A stretch of 64,000 nucleotides of DNA from Chrysomallon squamiferum (Eukaryota; Animalia; Mollusca). The DNA lies in contig CM022673.1 of assembly GCA_012295275.1 (NCBI GenBank), positions 14,880,001-14,944,000 of the forward strand, given 5' to 3'. The notes under the pieces were generated by a model. That model made no database searches. It saw only the letters and a list, made by a program, of their open reading frames with translations, and was not told where the DNA came from. Positions 49,326 to 63,303 of the stretch are shown in pieces. The translations under genes and the position numbers were made by a program. Position 1 is the first letter of the stretch, and each line of letters starts with the position of its first letter.

Positions 49326-50947
49326 TTACCAGAATGTTTGTAAAATGACTGTTTGCAAAATGATTAATAAAAGTGACAGTGGAGAGTGGCGTGAACTGTT
49401 GCACATGTCTACGCTGCAGAAACACAACGTCGCTGTAAAGTTGTCAGGGTCGTCGGGGATGGTCCAGTCGTGACAGCCGTCGCTCTCGTTGACGCCAGGA
49501 AGCGAGCTGATTTGATAGCAGCTTCGTATGACACCCACCCAGCCCCCTGCAAAAACAGAGAATTCAAATATTATACAAGTTTGTATACAGAGAATGTTTA
49601 TATAGTGAGTTTAGTGACACAATGTGTTTAGGACGGTATGTTTAGTGACAATGTGTATAGAGACAGTGTATTTAGTGACCCAGAGAATAGTGACACAGAG
49701 TGTAGTGACAGTGATTAGTGACAGTGTTTAGTGACACAGAGTGTAGTGACATTGTTTACTCTCACCTACTATTTAACAGAAATGTACATGTAGGTATTAT
49801 AATAATAATATAAATAAAGGTACAGGTATACATTATAATAATAATATAGTTATATGTACAGGTAGATATTATAATAATAATAATAATAATATAAATGTAC
49901 AGGTATTTTACCTGACAGTGGCGGCTGGATCTGCTTGCCACACTTGTAATCTGACCCCTGACACTCTACAGCCTGAAACTGATACGATTTGAAATATTCT
50001 CCACACGCGCCATTAGCAGAGTTATCGCACACGTAACATTTCAAACTGGAAACTGAAAACAGAGATAAAGGTTCATACGAGCACGTGTATATGTGTAAAC
50101 GAGTACATACACACACACACACACACACACAAACACACACATATAGATAGACAGACAGATGATAGATCTATAGATATAGACAGATGTAGATATTGATAAG
50201 ATAGAGATTTAGGTAAACATACAGATAGACAGACAATGTACGTTCTAACATACTTTTAAAACGTACGTACATGTAATACCTAAACATATTGACACATACA
50301 CCCACAGTTTCAGTTATAGTGAATACCCTTATATTTAAAAAGCAGATTTTAAGAATTACGTCATCACATAACCAAAATGGCGCGCTATGGCTGGTTGCTA
50401 GTTAAACTAAAGATGTGCATTAGGAGATTAATTTCTGTCTGTTTTTACTATATCATCACAACACTATTTTGATGTTTTAATATAATTCATTGTTTCTGGC
50501 ACGATTAAATATCCAAGAAATCGTTCATCTATTTAAAACTCAAACTATTTACAAACAGTTCACGTAAAAACTGTGACTTGGACTATGTAGGCAAAGTTTG
50601 TTATCAACGACGAAGGTAAACGATCTGGTCAAAGAGCTCTCGGAATTAAAGTGAAATGTAAATGACAAACTGGACGACTGTCGGAATTAGATTGAAGTAA
50701 TGAAATTCAAACACTTGATGAGTAATTGTCTATACCAGAACGTGATAAAACATGGTCGTCTTCTTGGTCTTTTGTTTCGTTTCGTGACGGGAACAAAACG
50801 AAAGAAAGAAAAACAAATTGTTCAGTATGTTATGTGGTAAATTTATACACCTTTTTATTGTATCTCTACTAATTTTCTTCTTCTTCCATAAACTTGACTG
50901 TGTGTGTGATTGTATTGAGAAATTTGATTTCATCATCGCATCTTTTA

Positions 50948-51035
<88 letters not shown>

Positions 51036-51990
51036 AGGGTTAGAGAGAGACAGGGAGACAGAAATGGAAGCACTGAGCGAGAAAGAGAAATAGAAAGAGT
51101 GAGCCAGAAACAGAGAGAGAGAAAAACAGAGGAACACTGACAGAAAGACGTGTCTGACCTGGTTTAGCATTTTACAAAATTCAGTGTTAATTCAGTCACA
51201 CAAATGTCTGTAATTATTTTTCGAGTTAAAAATAACCGATGAAATTGCACATAAACAGCGTCTTTTTTTACGAGACAGTTATATAATTACATCTTCCAGT
51301 TTAGCAGTCACTTTGTCACTGCATGTAAAAATTAATCACTAACATTTTTGAATGAAAATACACACAAATACACTCACATACATATAACTGATAAATTTAA
51401 TATAATAGAGAATAGGAAAAGAAGTGTGGGGAAAATGTAGTAAATAATTAAATGAATAAATAAACACGGAAAGACAGGCTAATTGCAGAGATAAGGAGAG
51501 AAAGATGTGAGAATTCACAACTGAGTGCAACACATCGGACAACGAACAACGTTCTGGCAACGTCAGGTAACTCCAACTAAAACACGAATTAACAGGAGCG
51601 TTTATCGATCTCGTTCGTAACGATTAGTTTGTAGGTTAATGATACCAGTAATCCTTTTATATGATTTAACAATAGATCGTCTCTGCTCAGAACTACAACG
51701 CCTGAATTTCTCTTCGTTTTCTGAAAACGGACTAAAGCGGTGCAGTGCTTTTTTTAAAAATACCTTTTCTTTGATATTTAGTGTGTTTTGTTAATTCTGT
51801 AATAAGTACACGCATACATATTCAGTGAATGTATGTTTTTGTGTTTGTGTGTGTATGTATATAAAAAACACACATACACACACATATGCATATGCAGCTA
51901 AATGTGTGAAATTCACAAATATAATTTACACGAAAAATTCAAAACATTATGCTCTCCTGTAAATAATAAAACATTAATAATAATAATAAT

Positions 51991-52040
<50 letters not shown>

Positions 52041-52341
52041 CGTTATCTACGTAATTAAATAAAAAAATAATTAAATAACTTCTTAGAGAATATTTAGGTA
52101 AATAATTTCTAATTAATTACAGTATTATTTTATTTACATTTTCTTTGATATAAATATTTTTTTCTTTCTTCATTTTTTTTAAAGAAGACAACATTCTTTT
52201 TCTTGCAGATCTGATACAAGTTTAAATTAATAAAATAAATAAGAAAATTAGTAAGAAAGAAAATAAATAAATTAATAAGTAAATAAATGACTTACCTGTA
52301 GGAAAGAGATAGAAACAGATAACTGCTATGAGCAGCGACAT
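49326..52341 (-). CDS. Quiver/sleepless-like Ly6/uPAR three-finger protein, predicted GPI-anchored. Exons 52341-52296, 50052-49912, 49546-49326
   Basis: Signal peptide MSLLIAVICFYLFPTVSS, then LKCYVC..C..C..KCGK..VIRSC..GC..LCFCSVDMCN and a hydrophobic C-terminal tail; both introns are phase 1. Confidence 0.85.
49605..49755. repeat. Degenerate AGTGACA-based minisatellite in an intron
   Basis: TAGTGAC(A) recurs about eight times. Confidence 0.65.
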
Positions 52342-52586
52342 CGTAACATCACAAACACATCGTAGTTGTTTGAATCAAAGCATGAAAACAGGTAGTGAAA
52401 GAAAATGCGGATTTCAAACACTTGTAATTAGTTCTCAGTTTTACTCCGAGACTGTTCTGTCTTCGTCATGTCTGCTCGTCGACTCTTCAATCGATTGTCG
52501 AAATTCGCCTTCGTCTCAGAACTTTTACTTGTGATGTTGTCATGCATTCGTTAATAGTAATGATTATTTTGACGTTTTGATGTCAT

Positions 52587-52691
<105 letters not shown>

Positions 52692-52924
52692 TTCATAAAA
52701 TACCTGTGGATAATTAATAGGATAGGTTTTTTTTTTTTCAAGTGAATGAAGAAATATTGAATCAAATTTTTTGCATTACTTTCGTTGCCATAGGTAACAT
52801 TATGCTTGGGAATGTATCAAAAAAGTTTTCCCCAACAGCAGAGAGTTGTTTCCACATCTACTAACCTCAGTTTAACCACACAAAACATTCAAAACATTTT
52901 GTGGTGGTTGTTTTCTTACCAATT

Positions 52925-54075
52925 TTTATAAAGCACTACGCATTATTGCCGAGGTCTCCCCAAGCACACCAACTGAGAGTCTATTTGTGGAACTAAGCAT
53001 CCTTCCTCTTAAATGGGCCCTGACTCAAACTAACGCGACAAACACCAAAAAAAAACAACCTAATACCGACTGACTCCCTCAGCTAACTGCAAGCTCTGCT
53101 AAAACTCAAATTGATATGCTCTCAGTACATTAAAGATGTTGACATTAGCAACTGTATCACTTACAGATGACACATAGTCATCTTCGAGTGGGTTACCCTC
53201 TCATGTGTGGTACTGGAATCTAGCTAGCAGACAAAAATGCTAAAAAAAAAAAAATCACTAGAACACAACACAAGTAAATATAACTAACGAAATTATGACC
53301 ATAGCGCACAACAATCTAATAAAATCTTGACAAAAAGACTGGGACAACAAAACTGGACTATGGTACTATATCATTAAGCCATAAGTAAACTCTCCCAGCC
53401 CACTCTCAGACAAAACAGGTAGGATGTGAGAAGAGAGTCGACGATTGGCAGTGCTGTTTCCTCTCTTCCACCAGCCACACCCCATACGGCGTCTTTCTGC
53501 TCGTCACTCCCCACCAGATGCAATCCCGCTTCTCCCTAAGTAAATATATCACTAACATCTCTCTAACCTCTGGTTCAGCTCTAAACACATTCAGAGGCTG
53601 AACTAACTGACAGGTTCCCGCTTCACAGACCACAGCAACTCCAAATACTTGCCTGGTTCTAGACGAACAACCTGCTAGTCACGCTAACCCACCTATGAAT
53701 CCTTCATCCAGGACAAGAATAAAATGAAATTAAAGAAAATAAATAAAAGAAAAAAAGCGAAAGAAGATATTTTTTTTCTCCTTCTCCTCTATACCTTTCA
53801 GAAAGTCCACTGAAAAACCTCAATGAGCGCCTACTGAGAAATAAATAATACAATAACCGTAATCAAAATAGCACTATTCCCATTTATAAATTAAACTCCT
53901 TTGGTTCTTGTTAACTGAAAAGCACTTAATGCTTATTGCAAATTACACACTTCAAACTTCACTCCCTCCCCTACCCCTCTCCTGTCCCGGAACCCATCCC
54001 TGGCGATGTCAGAGATCGGATTCGAGATAGGCGTGTTTCAACCTTTATTTGGACGTGTGCATGTAAAAAAAGTTC
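52925..54075 (+). mobile_element. Old, deleted copy of the same LINE family (late RT/RNase H relic 52925-53415; 3' UTR about 53890-54075)
   Basis: Matches 25480-25565 and 26060-26468. 53970-54075 matches the 3' end at 13975-14078 (CCTGTCC..CCCATCCCTGGCGAT..GATAGGCGTG..TGGACGTG..GTAAAAA..AGTTC). Confidence 0.8.
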
Positions 54076-54114
54076 ACTTGTGCTCAACCGTTTCAACAAT
54101 CTCTCTCCATCATC

Positions 54115-54380
54115 ATGTCCGGACGGTAAAGGAGGAAAAACAAAGGGAAAGAGCAAGACCAGGTCTTCCCGTGCCGGTCTTCAGTTCCCCGTGGGTCGTA
54201 TCCATCGTCTCTTGAGAAAGGGCAATTACGCAGAGCGCGTCGGAGGTGGCGCACCCGTCTACCTGGCCGCCGTTCTCGAGTATTTGGCAGCCGAAGTTTT
54301 GGAGTTGGCAGGCAACGCCGCTCGTGACCTCAAGAAAACACAACAACAAACACCCCAACGGTCCTTTTCAGGGCCACCCA
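54115..54380 (+). pseudogene. H2A: Replication-dependent histone H2A pseudogene (early frameshift, C-terminal part deleted) with 3' stem-loop
   Basis: ATGTCCGGACGGTAAAGGA lacks 2 nt relative to MSGRGKGG. Then [44 protein letters not shown] to 54340, followed by stem-loop GGTCCTTTTCAGGGCC-ACCCA at 54360-54380. Confidence 0.92.
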
Positions 54381-55095
54381 GATCTTACGAAAGTGATTGC
54401 AATCCCAGTTTGTTTATTACACATAACATTACAATAAGATTCGGTCGGAACTGTTACGTCCGTTGTTCAAGAGAATAAATAGGTTACACATTAAATGTTA
54501 CCTTGCTTCCTTTTCTATCCATCTCCGCCTGAAAAGTTCGAAACCAAGTATTTAAATATTGAATAAGCTATGAACCGAAATACATTTGACATTTTTTAAA
54601 TTTATAATTAAAATAATTGAATTTGATTGTTTACGTCCATGGAAAAGAATGGAATGGTTTACGGCATATAAAACAGCTGAAAAACTCTCTCAAATTTATT
54701 TTGTACTAAGGGAAATAACTCTAATATTATTGATTCTATTTTTGACAGCACAAGTCATCGTTAAGTTTATATTTTTCTTCGATAGACATCTTCGAAAAAT
54801 TAGCTGAATCAAATTTGTATTCTTCTATTTTCATTTAGTATTTCAGTTTGTGTGCTTATCCTTACATTCACATGTGTTTATTTATCAGTTCTATGTATGT
54901 CTGTCTATCCCTTCGTTCCTCTCTTTCTGCGTATGCATGTAAGTTGTGCGTTTTTGTTTTCAACTCATTCTGCCTTACTGCTTATCTATTCAGGGAGACG
55001 AATTATTTAAAATAATAATAATAAACAGTCTAATCCAAATATTGGTATATAAAGGTAAAAAGAAAAAAGAAGACGAAGACGGATTTGATCTCACT

Positions 55096-55278
55096 TTAAT
55101 GAACTGTCAAATTATAAATGACAAAATCAAGAGCTTTCATCATCCCATTATTTATGTAATGAAACGACACAGGAAAGTCACTGGGAAGACTGGTACTCTG
55201 AAAAAATGAGAAAGAAAAAATAAAATAAAATAAAATAATCTTTTTCCTTAACAAATATACAGATATAGGACTAGAATA

Positions 55279-55342
<64 letters not shown>

Positions 55343-56493
55343 AAGAAGAAGAATTATATTACCATTATTTTAAAATTTATTATTATTATTGATCTAGTGA
55401 CTAAGGACTGTCATACACACTGAATTCATACTCAAGGGAAACATTTCTCAATTACAATGTTAGTCATCCTTGGTCAGGATACGTAATGAAGGTGTATTCT
55501 AACCATTATTATTGTTGTTGTTGTTGTTATTATTATTATTGACCTAGTGTCTAAGGACTGTCATACACACTGAATTCATACTCAAGGGAAACATTTCTCA
55601 ATTACAATGTTAGTCATCCTTGGTCAGGATACGTAATGAAGGTGTATTCTAACCATTATTATTGTTGTTGTTGTTGTTATTATTATTATTTTTTTTATTT
55701 ATTTTTTTTTTTATTATTATTTCATTCGTTCACTCTCCGGCTATTTCTTTTCTCATAATTCGATTGCTTATTCTTACCTCGTTACTTTTGGTGTATCTTT
55801 TGGCCCAGGAAGGATTTCTGCCAGCAAACGTGGAAAATCCCGAGTCCCAATTAAATCTGTCTCTTCCTTTAGAATCTTTTGTCGTCTGCACCGTAACACC
55901 CAAAACACTTAAACATCTCCCAACAGCCACGTCCTCGGAACCTTTCTTTACGGTACACTTACTTTTCCCTGGTCCCTCATTGACGAATCTTTTCAAAGAC
56001 TCTCTACTCAGGACGTACCCTGCCCCTCCACTGTTGTACCCACCTTCAACGTATCTGTAAAAAATCTGACCGTAATAGACAGGAGCCGAAGTGTTCTTGT
56101 CTTTCAGAAACTGTCGAAGATTTTCCACGATGACGTAAGTGTCGTCGTCAGCTTTCAGAAACCAGTCCGCGTCGTTGACGTGGTGGTTATAGACGTACTC
56201 GAAAGCCTTGCTGGTTTTTAAGAACAGATATCTGCGGCCATCGGGTACGTCCACTCCGATGGTTGGGAAGCTGGTGTTGGTTTTTGAAGAGAAGTACAGA
56301 GTAATGTCGCATCGTTTTCCCCAAGTCTCTTTCACCATCTTTGCTTTGTTAGGTAAATTTGATTCTTGTGTCATCACCCAGCATAAAATACGAGGTTTGA
56401 CGTTTCTGTCATGTGACGTAATACTACTGTTTGATGCTGCAAAATTAAAATACTGAGATTAGGAAAAGTTTAATTTGTTTTATTGATATTAAT

Positions 56494-56532
<39 letters not shown>

Positions 56533-57903
56533 ATCAACAACAATAAATGTAATAATAACAAGAAAAGGAAAAAGAAGAATAAGATTTCGATTATTGTTTA
56601 TGTAAAAGTCGAATGTAATTGTTATTACTGTTATTGTTGTTATTATTATTATTATTATTATTATATTATTATTATAACTATTATTATTATCATCATCGTC
56701 GTCGTCGTCATAAATAATACCAATAAATAACGATAATAACAAAAACTACAACAACAAATATAATAATGACAAAAAGAAGAAGAAAAAATAGATGAATACT
56801 GTTTATATAAAAGAGCATATAAAATATTATTGTTTATGTAAAAGTCTCTATAAATATTACCATTTATGTAAAAGTGCGCAGAAAATATTAATTTATATGT
56901 AAAAAGTGAACATTAAATCTTACTGTATATATAAAAAACATAGAAAATATTACTGTTTAAGTAAACATAACATATTACTGCTTATGTAAACGTGCATATA
57001 AGATATTACTCTTTATGAAAAAGCGGAGTTAAAGCATTACGGCCCAAAAAAAAAAATCAGTGTTAAGAGTAGCCAGTCATATCGGATATCAATATATACG
57101 AAATTTATACGTGTGACATTTAAAAAGCTACCAGCAGAAAAACAAATTTAAAAAATACGTTAAACAGTTTACCTTCAATTTGTACAATATGTTACAACAG
57201 TATAAATTATTCATTGATTTTACAAGTTTAATATATATATATATATTTATTTACATGGAGAGAAGCATGAAACGATTGTAAGAAAGCGAGACAGACAGAA
57301 ATAAAAAGATAAAAGAGTTTGTACAGCCTTGTTTAAGACTGCACGTAATTATTATACTGTGATTTTTTTTCATGCCTTTCTGTATTACCTTCGTGTTATG
57401 TAAGTTAAATTTTATTATAAACGATTTTGGTTATATATTTTACACACCAAATTTACAGTCTCTTCGTTTTCGTAATTTGTATTAAAATGAAAGAGAAGAA
57501 ATATAAAATGTTAGAGAGAGAAAGACCGTGGGAAAAAAAAAGAAAAAAAAAAAAAAATTATACGTTGTGATTTGATTTGCTATGACACAATATAATATAA
57601 TATATTATAATGTAATGTAATATAAACAGAACGGTACGTAACGTAACGTAACATAACGTAATAATAAGAATAAGAAAATACTACACATTTACCATTTAGC
57701 ATTTGATCCCGAAGCATCCTGGTGGTAGTCACAACTGCATCATTTCTTCTGTTTCTCATTACGTTTGACGACACTTTCGTTTTATCATCATCAACTGTCA
57801 TTATTCTGTAGTTAAAAATAAACACTATTTCTACAAAAGCAAACACGAAACCTACAGCAAACGACAGAACCCGAGAACAGCACCATGATTTTGATCTTGG
57901 CAT
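55096..57903 (-). CDS. Core 1 beta-1,3-galactosyltransferase-like (C1GALT1/T-synthase family, GT31). Exons 57903-57693, 56436-55778, 55197-55096
   Basis: Type II TM segment; RILCWVMT..KETWGKRCD, DWFLKADDDTYVIVENLR, YNSGGAGYVLSRESL, EDVAVGRCL, DSKGRDRF, VSFHYI. Orthologue versus paralogue cannot be determined. Confidence 0.92.
55391..55690. repeat. 150-bp tandem duplication in the last intron of the C1GALT1-like gene
   Basis: 55391-55540 is repeated at 55541-55690 with few mismatches; the units are bounded by (TTA/TTG)n. Confidence 0.9.
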
Positions 57904-58288
57904 TCCCTGGAAAGAAACCCGGTCTCCATCCGAATGTGTGTGTGTGTGTTGTTCTTTTTACATCGGTTTCGTGCTGTGCAGAAAATATAATATAGATTTG
58001 TACAAAATAGAAATACTGGCTCTCTTATTTTGGCTTTGCTATATAAACGTATAATATAGATTACGAGATAATAAATATGCCGGTAAAGCATTTCATCGTT
58101 AATCAATTGAAGTGCACAGCTTGTAGAAGGCCGTAATTCTTTTTCTTTATTTGTGTGGTTGAATTTATTGTGTTAGATCTCGGTTCATGATTAGTAATTA
58201 TGTAGTGGAGTCAAACTAAACATATACGAACTGACATATCTGTAAAGGGATATGAAATAAATCGCCTAATTACGAAATGATATTTTTC

Positions 58289-58351
58289 CGTCAGTTCGTA
58301 CAGGTTTTAGTTTGATATTTAAATATCAAGCTAAAACCGTACGAACTGACG
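58289..58351. repeat. Near-perfect spacerless palindrome
   Basis: CGTCAGTTCGTACAGGTTTTAGTTTGATATTT|AAATATCAAGCTAAAACCGTACGAACTGACG. Confidence 0.85.
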
Positions 58352-59306
58352 TTCTTGTACAGTGATAATAAATATCACACTGAAAGCTTACGAACTGACG
58401 GAGTTGTACGGGGATGAAAATTGTTTAAAAATGTTTTGTATGTTTAAAGTGATTGCTTTACTTTCTTGATTTAAATACAGGCTTATGTCTCATATTTCCA
58501 GAACCGGATTTTGAGCTCAGATTCAGAGCTTGGGATTCTGTGATTTCATTTTACTGTTTATTCTTCCCTAACCGCTGTTAAAATTTATCAAAACTGACAT
58601 GATCATCTTTATACAGCGTAGAGGAACTTCTGACCCCCCCCAAAAAAAAATCCCAAAACAATTACTTATACTTTTTGTTCAAGTTTCTGTTTTATTTATT
58701 TGTTAATTAATTTGTTTGTTTGTAAGTATGTATGTTTGTTTGTTTACTTATTTATAACAAATAAATCATGATAGTAACATCAACAACAACGATATAAAAA
58801 TAAGCAGGTGCAATGAAATTTTATTGAGAAAAAAAGAAAGACATAAATTAATATATAAGCACACGATAAATACAGGCTTGTATCACATTTTTCTTACCAC
58901 TGAATACTGACAATGAACGTTAGTGTATATGTCTGTGCGTGTGCGTGCATGCGTTTGTGTGTTTGAACTGCATCAGTTTAATTTATGAACCTTTTTGCAC
59001 TAAGTGTAGTTTTTTATTACTTTATAAAGAAGTTAGACATCCTGACCCAAATACAAAAATAACTAATATACACAAGCTGAAAAAGGCACTTAATAATAAT
59101 CATAATAAATTTAAATATTTGCACCTTTGTATAATAATAATAATAATAATAAACTTAAATATTTGCACCGTTCATATGATAAACGTCCAAAACAAATGAC
59201 TGAAATCGAAAATAATTAAATTACATAAAATGTAAAAACATAGTTATATACATACACGCATAGCAAGAACAATACACAGACAGAGACATAGATATATATA
59301 TATACA

Positions 59307-59371
<65 letters not shown>

Positions 59372-59549
59372 TAAAAATAAAAACAAACGTGCACGAGAGA
59401 AAGCGATCGTAAATGTTATTATCTTAATCTAAAACAATAACATTATCGATACGAATAATCCACTTGTCATGTCTGTTTACACAGCACTTTGTATTTTCAT
59501 ACATGTCCTTTCTTTTCCTTCTTTTCTTTCTCGTCTTCCTACAGCGTAC

Positions 59550-59786
59550 TTAAGGATCATCGTCATTCGGTAACTTTTTATATCCGCTTCGATAGACGAC
59601 GCCATTTGTCCTGCGAGCTCGTTTGTGACATGCGCAGACGAGAATTGTTACACCAATCAGCGCCACTGCCGTACCAATAGCGACACCTACGACCAGGCTG
59701 GTAGAGTCGTTTCCCGTGACGACATAGAAAAACGACTGAAAATTAAATAATTTTTGAAAGTGACTCACTCATTCAGTATTCACTGT

Positions 59787-59863
<77 letters not shown>

Positions 59864-60152
59864 TATTTATAAACACACACATACACGCATACATATTTAT
59901 AAACACACACATACACGCATACATATTTAGAAACCTACATACATATACGCACGTAACATATACAAATATATCCATATATACAGAAATACAGAAATTACAT
60001 AACAATATTAATGAGAGCAAAAAAGGTACGCACAAATAAGAGTATGTATAAATATATTTAGATGAATATGTTTATTATTGATATTAATAAATCAAAGCAG
60101 GGCCATGTGATATACTGCTAGGAAAATCCATTTGCTTTAAAATGAGTAGAAA

Positions 60153-60183
<31 letters not shown>

Positions 60184-61242
60184 AGTTTTATTTTGAAAAC
60201 AGACATACATGTTCTTCTGGATTCAGCCCATTATTGGGTGCTGCCGGTGTCGCTGAGGTCCCAGGCCCTGACGTTGCCGAATGATGTGTTAAACCTTTAC
60301 CTTCACATGGATGTAGAAACTTGCACAGATCTAGAGGGCGTGGCTTCACTCGTAGAAACCAACCCCAGGGATAGAAGCTACAATACACAGTTTGTTTTAT
60401 TTTGTTAATGCTGTTATTGTTGTAGATATTGTTGTTGTTATTATTATTAATATTTTCAACAGCAACAACACAACAACAACAACTACAACACAATAATAAT
60501 AATAAATAATAATAATAATAAAATCAGGAATGATAGTAGTGATAGAAACAGCAGCAGTAGCTTCAGTAGTAATGGTAGTAGTAGTAGTAGTCGTACAATT
60601 GCTAGAGGTAGCAGTAGTGGTAGTTGTGATGGTGGTGGTTGAGACAGTATGTAATATTCCCACTGCCTCCGTCACTATTAAAAACAAACAAACAAACAAA
60701 ACAAACCAAACAAAATAAATAAATAAATAAATAAAAAAATAAAAAAAAAAATAAAAAAATAAAAAAATAAAAAAACTTACGTGTCAAGCATGATCTGTAA
60801 GCCAGGACATCGCTGTGTGTTACACAGAAAACTTTTCGTCAACTGAAACAGAAAATTATCGTATTATTATTATTATTATTATTATTATTGTTGTTGTTAT
60901 TGTTGTTGTTGTTGTTGCTGCTGCTGTTATTTTTATTATTATTATTTTCGAAAATGTTATATTACCTTCTAATATATTTTTAAAATAACATACGTGATCG
61001 AATAATACAATAATAAAAACTAATGAATAAAGGATGAATGAGATTTACCTTTGCTCGTGCAGTATGGCAAAAAGCAGACAAATCCATCCCTCTGTGAGTT
61101 TGGTGCTGTAATTAAAAATTATAAATGATATGGATCTTAAAATCTCAGATATAAAAACTTAAACACACATACGCATACATACTCACCAGCATATGCATGT
61201 TGTCATTCACAAACACAGCAACAATCAATTTAATAATAATAA

Positions 61243-61340
<98 letters not shown>

Positions 61341-61647
61341 GTTACACATTCACACATTCATACACAGGTGTGCAATATACACGCAGCCACAGTGCAATAT
61401 ATTTAAATGGTTGACTCCCATTTCGTACACGTCCTGCGTTGTTACATGGTGTGTGATTAACAGGATGTGTAGCGAATGGGAGGACACTGTTTAAGCTACG
61501 TACAGTGTCGTGTTCTATGTGGAGGACTGCAGCTCTGCTGAGATGTAGAGTTGCTACTGTTTCGCCAAAACACTGGTCTGTGAGAGACGGCTCAAATTTC
61601 TTCATTTGACACAGCAGTCCTATTGAGTTAGCCAGATAGCGTATCAT
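59550..61647 (-). CDS. Uncharacterised single-pass membrane protein, probably 5' partial. Exons 61647-61504, 61105-61049, 60842-60781, 60377-60209, 59735-59550
   Basis: Five phase-compatible GT-AG exons: Cys-containing ectodomain, S/T/P linker, TM LVVGVAIGTAVALIGVTILVCAC, basic stop-transfer HKRARR, tail GYKKLPNDDDP. Confidence 0.7.
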
Positions 61648-62044
61648 CTGAAATATGTAAAAAAAAAAAAAAAAATAATAAAAATAATAATAAAAAAAAA
61701 AAAAAAAAATAAATAAAATAAAAAAAAATTGAACAAAAGGAAAACGAAATTAAAAAAAAAAAAAAATAAAAAAAATAAATAAAAAAACAACAAAATAAAA
61801 TAAAATAAAATAAAATAAAATAAAAAAAATAAATTATTAAAAAAAAAAAAAAATAAATAAAAAATAAAAAAAATAAAATTTAAAAAACAAAATGCAAAAT
61901 GATGAAATGCAAAAATACATAATAAAATATAAATTTGTTCAAATGGATGGACGTAATATGTATATATGTATAAATGTATGTATATAAGTGTATGGGTGTG
62001 TGTACAGGTATGTATAGATGGAAACAAGGATGCATATAGGTATA

Positions 62045-62170
62045 CAGTATACCCTCACCTGTTCGCGGTTCCCATTCGCCCGCATATTCGCGGGTTGGGC
62101 TCTTAACCCTTTCGCATCGTATGCTGGTATACCAGGCGAGCGTCATAACGTCATAAAACAAATGCTCGGT
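62045..62170 (+). mobile_element. Possible nested DNA transposon/MITE ends
   Basis: TA|CAGTATACCCTC (Tc1/pogo-like start) at 62045 and TTAA|CCCTTT (piggyBac-like start) at 62103. Partner ends not found in the window. Confidence 0.3.
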
Positions 62171-62682
62171 AAACCGCAAAACAATTTTTTTTCAATTATT
62201 ATTGCAAAAGTACGTATTTTTTATAAAAATGTTCGTTTAAGTTTTTTTGTGACCGTTTTTAATTTGTTTTAATTGCATATTATTACTGAATTGTATTATT
62301 ATTATGAACTGTGCGTAATTTATCTGTCTGTTTGCCTTTAAATTTGTTCCAGTCAATTCTAATACATATGTTGTAAACATAACAAATGACTTTACGGTAC
62401 AGTTCTATGCTATGCGGTATTACTGTCCTCCCTGGACGTCTTTCTGATTAAAATATTGTTTCAGTACAAAATTAAAATGCGTTTACATATTATTATTACA
62501 TTAGTGAAATACATAACTGCATGCAATATTACTACATTATTACTGTATTAATGAGTAAGAGTGTCTTTAGAAAGTGTTTGGGAAGCATTTAGTACCGTAT
62601 ATAATCTCATAATAGACGTTTTAAAACTGCATCCAATATTCGATTCATGGGGGGTAAACAACGAACCCCCAAGGAATATAGG

Positions 62683-62717
<35 letters not shown>

Positions 62718-63241
62718 TGTATGTGTGTATATGTGTGTCAAAAAAATAGAAACAAATAAACTGTTGTAAAAGTGTTTCTTTTTTATATGTGTATATCAAA
62801 GATATCGTAATCTAAGAAAAATATTTCCGCCTCCAAGCAGCCTCATTACACTTTATTATCAGCAAAGGTTAGACAAATCAACCAGAATGAACAAATAATT
62901 GAATATCTAAAAATAGTTGTACTTCCCAAGGACAAAATATAGATTTAAACATAAATGCATTTGTGTGGATATTTTTCATAAACATCTGAATACATATGTA
63001 TATGCACACCCACAATATGTATATGTATGTATGTATATAAATACGGTTATTAATGTCGATCAATGTTTAGTTGCTCGAATCTTTTGTATATTTATTGCTG
63101 TTATTGTTGTTGTTTTCGTTTCTGTGTTTCTTGTTTTTGATGATATAATATTATTATCTCTCATCATTATTTATTTGTTTATTTATTTTGCCTAAAGAAT
63201 AACGATTAGAACAAAGTCTTTAAACGCACACGCACCCCCAT

Positions 63242-63303
<62 letters not shown>

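Noticed and set aside
54115-54400. H2A as a simple processed retrocopy of mature mRNA
   Set aside because: No poly(A) or evident TSD, and the sequence continues beyond the stem-loop cleavage site into an HDE-like purine tract.
53936-54478. 180-aa LINE-H2A fusion ORF as a real histone variant
   Set aside because: It starts at a non-ATG codon in LINE 3' UTR, the true H2A ATG is out of frame and the C-terminal part of the histone is deleted.
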